From NCBI GenBank assembly GCA_951406725.2, contig OX597831.1, positions 48,732,001-48,796,000 on the forward strand: a DNA stretch of 64,000 bases, given 5' to 3'. Position 1 is the stretch's first letter. Each line of letters begins with the position of its first letter. The notes beneath the pieces are model-generated. The model saw only the letters and a program-made list of their open reading frames with translations, ran no database searches and was not told where the DNA came from. The translations under genes and the position numbers were made by a program. Source of the stretch: Octopus vulgaris. Taxonomy: Eukaryota. Positions 12,701 through 25,674 of this stretch are shown here, in pieces.

Positions 12701-13066
12701 TAGTAGAGAAGATATGATATTGCTGTGGGCTCACCCTAGGCAAGAAGTTAACATTTCTTTTTTGCCCATGACACTACATGGGCTCTAAGTAAGGCGTGTG
12801 TAAAATTTGAATGAAATTAGTAGCGCAATTCTCAAGTTTTAGGGATTCATAGTGGAGAAGATATGATATTGCTGTGGGCTCGCCCTAGGCAAGAAGTTAA
12901 CATTTCTTTTTTGCCTATGATACTCCATGGAGCCTAAGTAAGGCATGTGTAAAATTTGAATGAAATTGGTTGTGTAGTTCTCAAGTTTTAGGGATTCACA
13001 CAGACAGACAGACAGACAGACACACACACACACACACACACACATTCTCAGTTTTATATATATAGA
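12701..13066 (+). mobile_element. Non-autonomous Helitron/Helentron-like element with a 149-bp tandem duplication
   Basis: Units 12701-12849 and 12850-12998; tgtgtaaaatttgaatgaaattgg, then (CAGA)n/(CA)n and an end in ttttatatatatagat, a DINE-1/Lep1-like layout. Confidence 0.6.
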
Positions 13067-13089
13067 TATATATACACACATACATACAA

Positions 13090-13136
<47 letters not shown>

Positions 13137-13157
13137 CATACATACACAAACACACAT

Positions 13158-13372
13158 ATAAAATGTGACCGTGTGTGTACCGTTGGCGATTTTTTTCCCT
13201 CTGTCTTCCCTTCTCTGGGTCTTTCCTTCTCCTATGTTTCCAATGAAGAGCTCCACTCGAAACGTTAAACCCTCCTTCTTTCCTTCTTTCCTGAGCACCC
13301 AATAATACTATATTTGTTCCACGTCCTCACGTTGTTGTGTTTTTTTGTGCTTTCTTGTTTGGATTAACTATA
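13158..13372 (+). mobile_element. Penelope-like pseudo-LTR fragment, second copy of the 25672 element
   Basis: Near-identical to 25672-25850; decayed hammerhead-like core gtttccaatgaagagctccactcgaaacgttaaac. Confidence 0.6.
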
Positions 13373-13688
13373 TATATATATTATCTGTAGATAATATATA
13401 TATATATATATATTATCTGTAGATAATGATAATAATAGTATTTTATAAGCTTAAAAGTTATGGACGATCACTGTGTAATGACTGAAGAAAATAATCTAAT
13501 AATGGGCCGTCGATGGAAAAAAGTAGGTTTTTCCATATGCATGGGAGTAACACTCACATCTCTTTAAAACCATCACAGAATATATATATATATATATACA
13601 TGGAAGCATATGTATGCATATGTATACATGCACACACACATATATATGTGCATGCATTATGTATGAGCGTGTGTGTGCATATGAGAGA

Positions 13689-13744
<56 letters not shown>

Positions 13745-13926
13745 ATAGTATATACCCATATACACAAGCAAGTTTATGTATTAAGTAGAATGGAGAGGGT
13801 TTTTCTTTCCATTGACCTAAGCATTTGCTGCAACACATAAGTCGGTTATATTGCAAAGCTCAGTTCCTTACTCATCACTCTCTGCCTTCCTTCCTTTCTT
13901 TCTTTCTGTCTTTCTCTCTCTTCCCC

Positions 13927-13974
<48 letters not shown>

Positions 13975-14148
13975 AGCTTTATCTCTTTTTCTCCTCCGCT
14001 TCCTCCTTCTCTGAAAACATAGCATTTCTTGCATTAAGAACTTAATGCACCCTGAGATGTGGCATTTATACCATTATTTACTTTTAAAAGGATTCCAAGA
14101 GAAATCTCACTATCACACACATTAGATACATGCATATATATGTGTGTG

Positions 14149-14234
<86 letters not shown>

Positions 14235-14313
14235 CACATATATATGTTATATATATACATACACACACACACACACACACATACATACATACATACATAC
14301 ATACATACATACA

Positions 14314-14352
<39 letters not shown>

Positions 14353-14828
14353 CTTGTGTGATAAAATATGGCTTTGTGTTTAAGTGAACTGCAAATGCAA
14401 GGAAGTTGGAACAATTAAAGATAAATACGCTATGTGAACACCTGGTCTATAGTTGTGCTCCAATGACCTCCTATTGGTTTATTGGCCTTCAACATTAACT
14501 CTCGTATCATATAAACCTGGAGAGCACACTTCCACTTCAAGAAATCAATACATGAGAAAGCAAATGGCTCAATTGCAAACATAAGTTCCTTATGAGCTTT
14601 GTCCTGCAATGGAGAGTTTTTACTTCCTGATTATGGCTGTTTCATTTCATTCATGATAAATATATCCTATTCCATTTTCTCTCTTGATCTGAAGGCATTT
14701 CAGTCTAATTAGTAGGAAAAGAAATAGACAAGTCTCAAGTCAATGTGGGAGCAGCCTTTTCTATGTGGTCTCTCAGTCTGCAAGAAATAACAGTCAATTT
14801 CCTATAATTCCTACTTAAAGCATTCTAA

Positions 14829-14867
<39 letters not shown>

Positions 14868-14873
<6 letters not shown>

Positions 14874-15059
14874 TTTATAGAAGGAGTTTACAGGACTAGA
14901 ACTGTTTCATTCAAAAGAAATCATCAGGCTTCCTGATGATTTCTTTTGAATGAAACAGTTCTAGTCCTGTAGAAGCTCCTTCTATAAAATAAATTAATTT
15001 ACTCTGCTATGTATTGAGTACCTTATTTACTGTGGTTAACCCCGACTCAACCCGGGACC

Positions 15060-15062
<3 letters not shown>
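14868..15062 (+). mobile_element. (TA)n-flanked fold-back element, Penelope-like
   Basis: 40-bp perfect stem 14889-14928/14932-14971 with a 3-nt loop, extending imperfectly to about 60 bp; CTGATGA...GAAAC...GTC at the apex. Confidence 0.7.
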
Positions 15063-15090
<28 letters not shown>

Positions 15091-15590
15091 CATCATCATC
15101 ATCATCGTTTAACGTCCATTTTCCATGTTGGACGGTTCGACCGGGGTCTGGGAAGCCAGGAGGCTGCCCCAGGCTCCAGTCTGATCTGACAGTGTTTCTA
15201 CAGCTGGATGCTCTTCCTAATGCCAACCACTCCATGAGTGTAGTGAGTGCTTTTTATGTGCCAGCAGAGGCTGGCAACGGCCACGATTGGTTGGTCCTTT
15301 TTACATGCCACCAGCACAGGTATCACAACTACAATTTCCATTTGATTTTTTGATGTTGATGTTGATGTACTTGACTCAATAAGTCTCCTCAAGCACTGCA
15401 GGTTGCCCTACGATCCAAATATATACACATATCATCATCATTTAGCGTCCGTTTTCCATGCTAGCATGGGGACGTTTAACTGGGATCTGTGAAGCCGGGA
15501 GGCTTCATCAGGCCCAGTCAGATTTGGCAGTGTTTCTACGGCTGGATGCCCTTCCTAACGCCAACCACTCCGTGAGTGTAGTGGGTAGCA
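15091..15590 (-). mobile_element. Two adjacent RTE-type 3' tail elements
   Basis: (cat)n tails at 15091 and 15432, each followed by the shared 3' UTR. Confidence 0.85.
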
Positions 15591-15639
15591 AGCTACGTGC
15601 CACACTATATATATATATATATATATATATTATCTTTTG

Positions 15640-16045
15640 CTTGCTTCAGTTATTAGATTGTGGCCATGCTGGGACACTACTTTGAAGAATGCTTAGTCAA
15701 ATTTATCAACCCCACTACTTATTTTTTTTAAACCCGGTACTTATTCTATTAGTCTATTTTGCTGAACTGCTAAGATTTGGAGACACAAACACACCAGCAC
15801 CATTTGTCAAGTGGGGTTGGGGGAGAAACACAGATATACACACACACACACATATATATATATGTGTGTGTATATATATATACAATGGGTTTCTTTCAGT
15901 TTCTGTGTACCAAATCCACCAACAAGTCTACAGTCGGCCTGAGGCTACAATAGAAGACACTTGCCCAAGTTGCCACACTGTGGAACTGAACCCTGTACCA
16001 TGTGGTCAGAAAGCAATTTCCTTAACACACTGCCATGCCTGTGCC
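15640..16045 (-). mobile_element. SINE family A
   Basis: Degenerate full-length copy. Confidence 0.85.
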
Positions 16046-16052
16046 TATATGT

Positions 16053-16118
<66 letters not shown>

Positions 16119-16260
16119 ATGTGTGTAGATAGCTAGTCAGACAGACAAACAGACAGGTAGACAGGTAGCATTGGACTATTGAATATATACACAAAATTGC
16201 TGACAAAAATGTTAAAGTAAAACGTAAAGCAAGTCAACTGATATAAGATATTTAAATACC

Positions 16261-16491
16261 TATTTCTTTATTACCCACAAGGGGCTAAACACAGAGGGGA
16301 CAAACAAGGACAGACATAGGTATTAAGTCGATTACATCGACCCCAGTGTGTAACTGGTACTTAATTTATCAACCCCGAAAGGATGAAAGGCAAAGTCGAC
16401 CTCGGTGGAATTTGAACTCACAACATAACGCAGACGAAATACCGCTAAGCATTTCACCCGGCGTGCTAATGTTTCTGCCAGCTTGCTGCCT
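16261..16491 (-). mobile_element. SINE family B (tail type 1) with 14-bp TSD
   Basis: gatatttaaatacc at 16247-16260 and 16492-16505. Confidence 0.92.
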
Positions 16492-16569
16492 GATATTTAA
16501 ATACCATCTCATCATTGTAACCTTGCATATTATTGTGATGTGATTAAGTGTAATTTAAGGCAAAGTGAG

Positions 16570-17612
16570 CTGCCATTTTTACAGAATGCAGCTGAAATTG
16601 AAGACAACTTGGATACTTGCCATGCAATAAATTTTTAAGTAAAACTTGGCCAAAATGCTACACAAACTAATGAAATGTTCCAAACTGCTTATGGATTAAC
16701 TTGTATGAGTTGAGCATCTGTTTTGTGCTATCATAAGAGGCCAGGCAAAGCAAGTCCACTAGAAAGCTCATGGTGATCCCATTTTCTGGCAACAATGATA
16801 TCATTTACATCCATTCCATTCCCTCTGGCCAGACGGTCAAAAGGGAGTACCTTGTGGAGGTTTTGAGGGATGTTCAGGAAGAGACTTTAAGGCAAAACAC
16901 CAATGCATCTGTACCAAGACAATGCACCAGTCCATAATACCATCCTGGTAATCAACTAATTCTTTTCTACTCTAGGCACCAGGCCCGAAATTTTGGGGGC
17001 AAGGGCCAGTCGATTAGACTGAGCCTAGTACGCAACTGGTACTTAATTTATCAACACCGAAAGGATGAAAGGCAAAGTCGACCTCAGCGGAATTTGAACT
17101 CAGAACGTAAAGCCAGACGAAATACCTATTTCTTTACTACCTTCAAGGGGCTAAACACAGAGAGGACAAACAGATTAAGTCGATTATATTGACGCCAGTG
17201 CATAACTGGTACTTAATTTATTGACCCCGAAAGGATGAAAGGCAAAGTCGACCTCGGCGGAATTTGAACTCAGAACATAAAGTCAGACGAAATACCGTTA
17301 AGCATTTCACCTGGCGTGCTAACATTTCTGCCAGCTGAGATGGATATTGCCCTCCCTACAGTCCAGACCTTGCTTCCAGTGACTTTTAGTTGTTTGCCAT
17401 ACTGGATGAGAAGATAGATTTTGAGACAAGGATTCTGGACTCCTTCGCTTTAGAGGACTTCCATGGGGACATCACAAACTGACTGGAGCACTACAAGAAG
17501 TGTATTGAAGTCAGAGGATCCTACGTTGAAGGAGATTAAGGTTTTGTACCTTATTTAAATTAATAAATGTCTCTCCTGTAAAAGTCTCTCAACTTCTGAA
17601 ATGTACCTTGTA
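16570..17612 (+). pseudogene. Mariner transposase fossil with right end
   Basis: VKLGQNATQTNEMFQTAYG (HTH, about 16639), QDNAPVH (16915), PYSPDLAS (17353), GSYVEGD* terminus, then TIR-like end plus TA; internally deleted and split by SINEs. Confidence 0.85.
16960..17336 (-). mobile_element. Nested SINE family B dimer (tail type 1 inside tail type 2)
   Basis: ag(c/t)cagacgaaatacc at 17111 and 17281 brackets the inner copy. Confidence 0.85.
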
Positions 17613-17944
17613 TATAGTTCGAAGACTAATTCTTGTTGTTTCCATGTAACTAACTAACAGTATGTTTCGTGAACTTTTGTGTACTTTAGTATGGTTTGTT
17701 TATACGAACATAACTTTAGTATTTGGAATTCGTGTGGTCTGTTTTATGAATTCAAAGTTGTCACTTACAGATTTGTCTTTCAACACTTGGTATTGATCTG
17801 TTCATTGATCAACAGATTGTTTTGTGAAGACTTTTTAGCATTTAACTAGCATTCCAGCTATAACTGTGCCAAATTTTCTTTTTGTCCTATACTTCTCTTT
17901 TCAAAGTGTGGCTATTCAAATTATTTTGTTTCCCTCTTTTTTTT

Positions 17945-18281
17945 CCTCTTTTACTTGCTTCTGTCATTGGACTGTGGCCATACTGGAGCACTGCCTCGAA
18001 GGATTTAGTCAAATAAATCAATCCCAGTACTTATTTATAATTTTTTTTTTTTGCCAAATCTGGTTCTTATTCTGTCAGTCCTTTTGGTGAACCACTAAAC
18101 TTCAGGAGTGTAAACAAACCAACACCAGTTGTCAAGCTGTGGGGGTGGAGTGTCTATAAACATAAACACAAAGATATACTTTTAATCATACGTTTTGTAT
18201 ATATATGTAGAAATATATACACATATAGATATTTATAATATATATACATATTATACATATATGTGTGTACATACGTATGTA

Positions 18282-18320
<39 letters not shown>

Positions 18321-18391
18321 TTACACATATATATATACGTGTGCATACATATGTATGTGTATACATATATATATATATATATACATGTATG

Positions 18392-18424
<33 letters not shown>

Positions 18425-18592
18425 GTGGGTGGATGGATGAATGGAGCAAACTTCTGTACAATTTTTCGTACCAAATTCACTCTCAAAGCATAGGTCAGCT
18501 TGAGTTTATAGTAGAAGGCACTTGCTCATGGTACTGCATATTGGAAGTGAACATGAGACCACATGGTTGCAAAACAAACTTTTTAGCCACAA
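17945..18592 (-). mobile_element. SINE family A with expanded internal microsatellite
   Basis: 3' body 17945-18170, head 18445-18592. Confidence 0.75.
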
Positions 18593-18659
18593 GCCAAGAT
18601 AGTAGGATGAGTTGGCTGGTAGATCGAGCTGACTGAATAACTATTCTTTTATTTTCTTA

Positions 18660-19065
18660 TTTTCTTCCTTGTTTTAGTCATTTTACTGCAGCCATGCTGG
18701 AGCAGTGCCTTGAAGGGGTTTTTTTTAGTCAATCAAATTGACCCCCAGGACTTATTTTTTAAGCCTACTATTTAATCTATTGGTATCTGTTGGTGAACCA
18801 CTTAGTTATGGAGACAGAAGCACACTAACATTAGTTGTCAAGTGATGATGGAGAGACAAACAGACACAAAGACACACACAAACACACACACTCACACATG
18901 CGCATGCACATACACATACACACATATACGTAGATGTATATGATTGGCTTCTTTCAGTTTCCATCTACCAAATCTACTCATGAGGCTTTGGTCAGCTTGA
19001 GGGTATAGTAGAAGACACTTGCTCAAGGTGCCATGCAGTGGGACTGAACCTGAAACCATGTGGTT
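18660..19065 (-). mobile_element. SINE family A
   Basis: Near full-length match. Confidence 0.88.
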
Positions 19066-19261
19066 CCCCTGCCAATCCTGATTGTTCAAACCTATGATTA
19101 CAGATGTTCAAGCCATGATCATTTTGCTTTGTTTAAACTATAGTGTATGTAGAACACACAAACACACACACACACACATGCACGCACGCACACACACACA
19201 CACACACACACACATGCACTCACTCACACACACATACACACATACACACACACACATTCAT

Positions 19262-19415
19262 TTATGATGGTCTTCTTTCAGTTTCTCTCAACCAAATCCA
19301 CTCACAAGGCTTTGGTCAGCCCAGGGCTATAGTAAAAAACACTTGTCCGAGATGCTGCTCTGTGGAACTGAACCTAAGAACACATGGTTGGGAAGTATGC
19401 TTCTGAACCACACAC
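19262..19415 (-). mobile_element. SINE family A head
   Basis: cttctttcagtt...ccaaatccactcacaaggctttgg... Confidence 0.8.
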
Positions 19416-19844
19416 CCACATTATACCTATTGTGGTGAGAAAATTATTTCATATATAACACTAAGTTTTAATAAAAGCTTTTTCCTAAATTTCTCTTTAA
19501 TTATTCATAGGTAATATATTCTCTAACTGAAAACTTTTTGAGATGATATTCAAATAATCTAATTTCTAAAATGCTCAAATGTATGTTTCTCTCCTTTATT
19601 AAAAAAAATTCCTTACTTTGGCACAATTCCACAACGCCATAAGTGGTTTGGCAGACAGGAGTTATAGGGTCATATTAAATCGATTCAGCATACTTTAGAG
19701 TATGGCTCCAGACAGAGGAAGTGCAAAGTTGATGCTTACAAAATGCAAACAATAGCCTTCGTAGTTATAGGTTTCCCACAGGTTAATCACTGCTTTGATG
19801 CATTTCTGAAGGCGACAATGGCAAGTGATGACACATTTGAATGT

Positions 19845-19921
<77 letters not shown>

Positions 19922-20029
19922 TGTGTGTGTGTGAGCGCGTGTGTGTGTGTGAGAATGTGTGTGTGTGTACAACTCAGTTGTTACAAATACCAGAAAGTAC
20001 TAGGTTACACAACTTTCAGAGAAATACAT

Positions 20030-20383
20030 CGATGTGTGGTAAAAAGCTTGCTTCCCAATCACATGGTTTCAGGTTCAGTCCCACTGCATGGTACCTTGAG
20101 CAAGTGTCTCCTACTATAGCCTTGGGCCAACTGAAACCTTGTGAGTGGATTTTTAAGCCTACTATTTAATCTATTGGTATCTTTTGCTGAACCACTAAGT
20201 TATGGGGACAGAAGCACACTAACATTAGTTGTCAAGTGATGATGGAGAGACAAACAGACACAAAGACACACACATACACACACAAACACACACACTCACA
20301 CATGCGCATGCGCATGCACATACACATACACACATATGTATATGATTACCTTCTTTCAGTTTCCATCTACCAAATCTACTCAT
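20030..20383. mobile_element. SINE family A head (+) fused to an oppositely oriented body copied from 18757-18981
   Basis: Junction gtgagtggat|ttttaagcct; shares private variants with the 18.7 kb copy. Confidence 0.8.
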
Positions 20384-21064
20384 AAGATGGTGGTGGTGGT
20401 GACAACGATGACAATGATAATGATGATGATGAAGATGATGCTGATAATGATAATGCTGATAATGATGATGAGGACAATGAAGATGATGATGATGACGATT
20501 GCCTGCTTAAAAACAAATGGGAACAGGCATCCGAATGGGCCTCAGGTTGTAGAAAATCTGCTTCGCCTACTTCCATCTAACACATGAAAGCATGAAAAAG
20601 TAGACATTAAAATGATGCTGATGCTGATGATAGGAATGCACAGAGCTTTGATGAATTTTTCACCAACTACACTGATCGTGTATGCATCTCTCTTAAGACA
20701 GCCTAACAATCTGCATCCACCTAACATTGTATCATTCTCGTAGTTTTTTCCTTTTCGTCATTTTACCATCTGCTGTTCCAACTGATTACAACTTGAAGAA
20801 GGATTCCATCTCGTTTATAAATGTGTCTCAATGATCTCCATTATGGCAATCATATAAAGTTATCAACTGGTGTTACATTAACCATCCCTTTCACTTTCAC
20901 ATGGGTCACATGATCTTGCCACCTGATATCTAATATTCAACACAAGTCAATGAGTTTAAAAGCTAGAAATTTAGCTTCAGAATTATTGGTACTGTGCCAA
21001 GTTTGATGTCCATAAAGTAATATTGATCTTACTAAGGAATAAAAGTAAATATACATATATTATG

Positions 21065-21118
<54 letters not shown>

Positions 21119-21177
21119 CTTATACATATATATAAATAAATATACATATATACAACATATATATACATATATATATT

Positions 21178-21211
<34 letters not shown>

Positions 21212-21423
21212 AATATAAATATGTATGTATATGTTGTATTATGTATATGTAGATTTATATATTTATATATGTATATATGTATGTATATTTATATATTTAT
21301 ATATGTATATATTTATGTATATATGTATATGTAAATATGTATACGTACATATGTATGTAGGTTTGTATGTATATATACACACATACATACATACATACAA
21401 ACATACATACATACATACATACA

Positions 21424-21494
<71 letters not shown>

Positions 21495-21551
21495 CAAACA
21501 CTACTGCTAATTCACATGCTCTCTTTCTCTCAACACATATCTATATGTACA

Positions 21552-21960
21552 CAGGGTCTTGCAGATAAATTGAGTCAGTTTTTATGATGCATGAAACTGG
21601 TTATAAACACTAAAATAATGGTTGTAGACAGATATAATTTTTATGTAACATTTATTACAACAAAAATAGTCATCACTCAATATGGCCACCCTTTTGGGCA
21701 GTTACTGCCTCCACACGAGAATGAAACCGCAATGCCACAATCTCTGTCTTTTTGATTTTGCGTGTCACATGCCCGATGCAGTTCTTCTAGCTGTTAACAC
21801 TCGAGTGTGGTGAAGCATCGGTCCTTGCTTGAAGTATGCCCCATAAAAAGTAATCGAGAAGGTTGAGATCTGGGCTATTACTGGGCCAGATGTTGACCTT
21901 CACAAAAAATGGTACCTTCTCACTAAGGAAGGCTTGTGTTGCTTTTGACTATGCACAGAG
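21552..21960 (-). pseudogene. Tc1/maT-like transposase 3' fossil with terminal repeat
   Basis: The minus strand reads SKATQAFL..NIWPSNSPDLNLLDYFLWG..RFHSRVEAVTAQKGGHIE*; end cagggtcttgcag. Confidence 0.85.
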
Positions 21961-22020
21961 TTAACTTTACTGTTTGTGTGTTGGGGGTGCGGGGTGTATG
22001 CATTTACTCTGTATGTATAT

Positions 22021-22432
22021 TCTTTCTTTTCTTTATTCTTTTACTTGTTTCAGTCATTTGACTGAGGCTATGCTGGAGCACCGCCTTTAGTCGAGCAAAT
22101 TGACCCCGGGACTTATTCTTTGTAAACCCAGTACTTATTCTATCAGTCTCTTTTGCCGAACCGCTAAATGACGGGGATGTAAACACACCAGCATCGGTTG
22201 TCAAGCAATGCTAGGGGGACAAATACAGGCATACAAACACACACACACACATATATATATACATATATACGACAGGCTTCTTTCAGTTTCCGTCTACCAA
22301 ATCCACTCACAAGGCATTGGTCGGCCTGGGGCTATAGCAGAAGACACTTGCCCAAGATGCCATGCAGTGGGACTGAACCCGGAACCATGTGGCTGGTTAG
22401 CAAGCTACTTACCACACAGCCACTCCTGTGCC
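22021..22432 (-). mobile_element. SINE family A, well-preserved full-length copy
   Basis: tRNA-like head (tggctgtgtggt / ggttcagtccc), CORE-like ttgggcaagtgtctt, internal microsatellite, aaaagaat-type tail. Confidence 0.93.
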
Positions 22433-22893
22433 TATATATGTATGTATGCATATGTACATTGTGTTCATTTGACAAAGTAGAGAAAAATCATGAAGTATGT
22501 GTTTGTTATGTTGCACATTCAGATGCCTCTACTACTCAATTCTCTCTACTCTAGTCTGACCGCTACTCTCTCTCACTGCTACTCTGCTACTACTCCATTC
22601 CCCGACGTCTAGACTTCTCTCTCTATATCTATGTATTGGGCTAGTCTACTTCATCGTCTGGGGGGTGGAGGGGCGTCCACACAACAGTATTGTAGAGTAT
22701 ATTTACTTTTGCTGTCACCTGAAGGAATCAAATGAGCAACTCTGAGTAGCAACAGAGGGAATCACCAGATTCACACACACACACACACACATATGTGTGT
22801 GTGCTTGACATGTCTTCTCAAGCACAGCAAACCACCAGGTCCCCTGTCATCTCCTCTGTGAGGCCCAACTGAAACAAATAAAAGATAAAAAAT

Positions 22894-22925
<32 letters not shown>

Positions 22926-23467
22926 ACACATACACACATGCTTACAGACACACAAGCTCACACAAGCACATGCACACATTTATATGAAAGGCATCCACAC
23001 AGTTTCCATAAACCAAATTCATTCATAGGGCTGTGGTAGAAGGTATCTACCCAAGGTGCTGCATAGTGAGACTGAACCTACAACCACATAGTTGCAAAGC
23101 AAGATTGTTAACTACATGGCCATGTCTGTGTCAGTATAATGAATAATAAACAATATTATATTTACAGTTTGTTGATGTGTTTATATATATTCTGAACTTT
23201 TCGATCAAATCTGTAAATCTGTTGGATATATATTTTTCTTGTGTTGATGTCGAAATTAAAGATTTCTTCAAATATACAATCATAGATTCCAAAATATTCC
23301 TACTGATATTATCACTAGAAAAAGAAATATTACAAATATAATACAATTATGGTCTTGTGGTAGGAGAGCAAATTTGACCACATCTTCTAAAGTAGTGTTA
23401 TATTTTATGCATATATATCTGATGGAAAGTAGTCTTCTATGAATATACATATACATATATGTATATG

Positions 23468-23531
23468 CAGACAGACAGACAGACAGGCAGACAGACAGAC
23501 AGATAGACAGATAGATAGTAGATATATATAT

Positions 23532-23625
<94 letters not shown>
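23468..23625. repeat. (GACA)n/(GATA)n tetranucleotide repeat
   Basis: Direct reading. Confidence 0.97.
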
Positions 23626-23626
<1 letters not shown>

Positions 23627-23907
23627 TTATTGCATGTATCTAGATTTAATCTGTTTATTTTGATTGACCAGCCACTGAAATTGGTGAGTCTTTGACAAAA
23701 AGTAACCAAGGTTATTTATAAGTCACATTATATATAGTATATGACAATCCATTAAATGTGTGCAAAAACAACGTAGGAATTCTATATAGATAGCTGCATA
23801 ATGTCCAATATACAAATATTAACCCTCTAATCTCAAAAAAAACAGAGCTTTTCAGATACTTAAAAACAAAATATACTTATGTTCATATTAAATGAAAGTA
23901 TTCTATA

Positions 23908-24315
23908 TTCCCCTCCACCTCTTCCTTTTCTGCTCTTTCGTCTTCTTCTTCTTCTTCTTCTTCTTCTTCTTCTTCTTCCCCTTCTTCTTTTTCTCTACTA
24001 CTACTACATTCTCCTTCTTTTTCTCTTTCTTCTTCTTCTTCTTCTTCTTCTTCTTCTTCTCCTCCCTCTGCCTCCTCCTCCTCCTTCCCCTTCTTTTTCT
24101 TTTTCTTCTCTTCCTCCTTCCTCCTCTTCTTTTTCTTCTTCTCCTTCTTCTCCTCCTCTTCATCCTTCCTCCTCTTCTTTTTCTTCTCTTCCTCCTCTAT
24201 CTCTTCCTTCTCCTTCTTTTTCTTTTCTCCTCCCCCTCCTCTTCTTCCCTTCCCTTTCCTTCTCCTCCTCCTACTCTTCCTCTTCTTTTCCCTTCTCCTC
24301 CTCCTCCTCCTTCAT
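23908..24315. repeat. About 400-bp polypyrimidine (CTT/CCT)n tract
   Basis: Almost purely C/T on the + strand. Confidence 0.95.
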
Positions 24316-24451
24316 TTTTCACTTTTAAAGTACCCCTACTGAATAAAGATATAAACACTTATTGACATCAGTGTCTTTCTCATTTGCACAAAGTGCCACA
24401 CAGACTTTTGTTTGAAAAGCAAGCTTCTTAACCCCACAGCCATGTATGCAC

Positions 24452-24483
<32 letters not shown>

Positions 24484-25060
24484 GCATATAAATCTTCATT
24501 ACAGTTTCCATTAAACACAGTAAGAGTTTTCTCCAGTAAGAGGAGAAAACTCTTACTGAAGGTGCCATATATTTAGCTGCCATTCTACTATGCAGCACTT
24601 TGAAACCTACTTGAAACCATATAATGACAAAACAAACTACTCAACAACAAAACTATAAAGATACTTATTTACTGTCGGTATTGCACGTATTTAAAAAGAA
24701 AATGTTTATGAATAAAGATGAGATTAATACTTACAAAAAATTTAAATCTTATTAACAACTCTGCAAATTTGTTTAGACATTTAATCACCATGATATTTAA
24801 TGTGTTTCGCTAATTTTTGTCTTGTCAAAGTTACCTTGGTGTATTTCTCAAAACCAAGTGTCAAATGAATTTCCCTATTGAAATTTATGCTTTCTCTGTG
24901 TATATATAAGGAAGTGTCTGATTAACAATTTGCTACTCAGACAGCTCAATTCAGGTGTTTAAACATTTAATGCTTTCTTTATCATATTTCTATAGATTAC
25001 AATACTTTTCATTCAGTAAATTTTGAAAGTAAAGAAAAATTTAGAAAAGTGACTTTCAAC

Positions 25061-25400
25061 ATCATCATTATCATCATCATCATTTAACGTCTGCTTTCCA
25101 TTCTGGTATGGGTTGGACGGTTTGACAGGAGCCAGCTAAGCAGTAGTCTACAACATGTTTCACTGTCTGTTTTGTCATGGTTTTTATGGCTGGATCCCTT
25201 CCTAACACCAACCACTCAGCAGAATGGACTGAGTGCTTTTTATGTGGCACCAGTACAGGCAAGGTCAGTTTTGGCATAGTTTTTTTTTACAGCTGGATAC
25301 CCTTCCAAGTGCCAACCATCTTACAGTGTGGACTTGATGCTTTTTTACATAACACCAGCACTGGCAGGGTCACCAAGTAACTTGCAATACAAAGATACTT
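25061..25400 (-). mobile_element. RTE-type 3' tail element with internal duplication
   Basis: (cat)n plus shared UTR; the ggctggat-cccttcc-aacca block occurs twice. Confidence 0.8.
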
Positions 25401-25617
25401 TGAGCAGGGATGTTGCATTGAAAGTGATGACAGATGATGAAAGGTTAGATTGTGAGAGAGAGACAGAAACAGGTGTCTTGCTGTAGAGGAGATACATGGT
25501 TAATGAATGGAACATAAATTAGCATAAAATTTTGATGGCAAATTTTAAGTTAAATCACTTTAAAACAAAGAATTTGTATAAGGAACAGTTGTAGACATTT
25601 TGGCATATATATATGTA

Positions 25618-25671
<54 letters not shown>

Positions 25672-25674
<3 letters not shown>

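Noticed and set aside
12701-12998. CRISPR-like or other prokaryotic repeat array
   Set aside because: Two contiguous 149-bp units without spacers, in eukaryotic repeat DNA with no cas genes
22198-22554. Recurrent peptides such as [32 protein letters not shown] suggesting a gene family
   Set aside because: They are antisense translations of SINE family A
23168-23341. AG-preceded 57-codon open frame in unique AT-rich sequence
   Set aside because: No motif or clear donor, and composition matches background
24901-24945. TATATAAG with an Inr-like TCAG about 30 bp downstream
   Set aside because: TATA-like words are ubiquitous here and no plausible first exon follows
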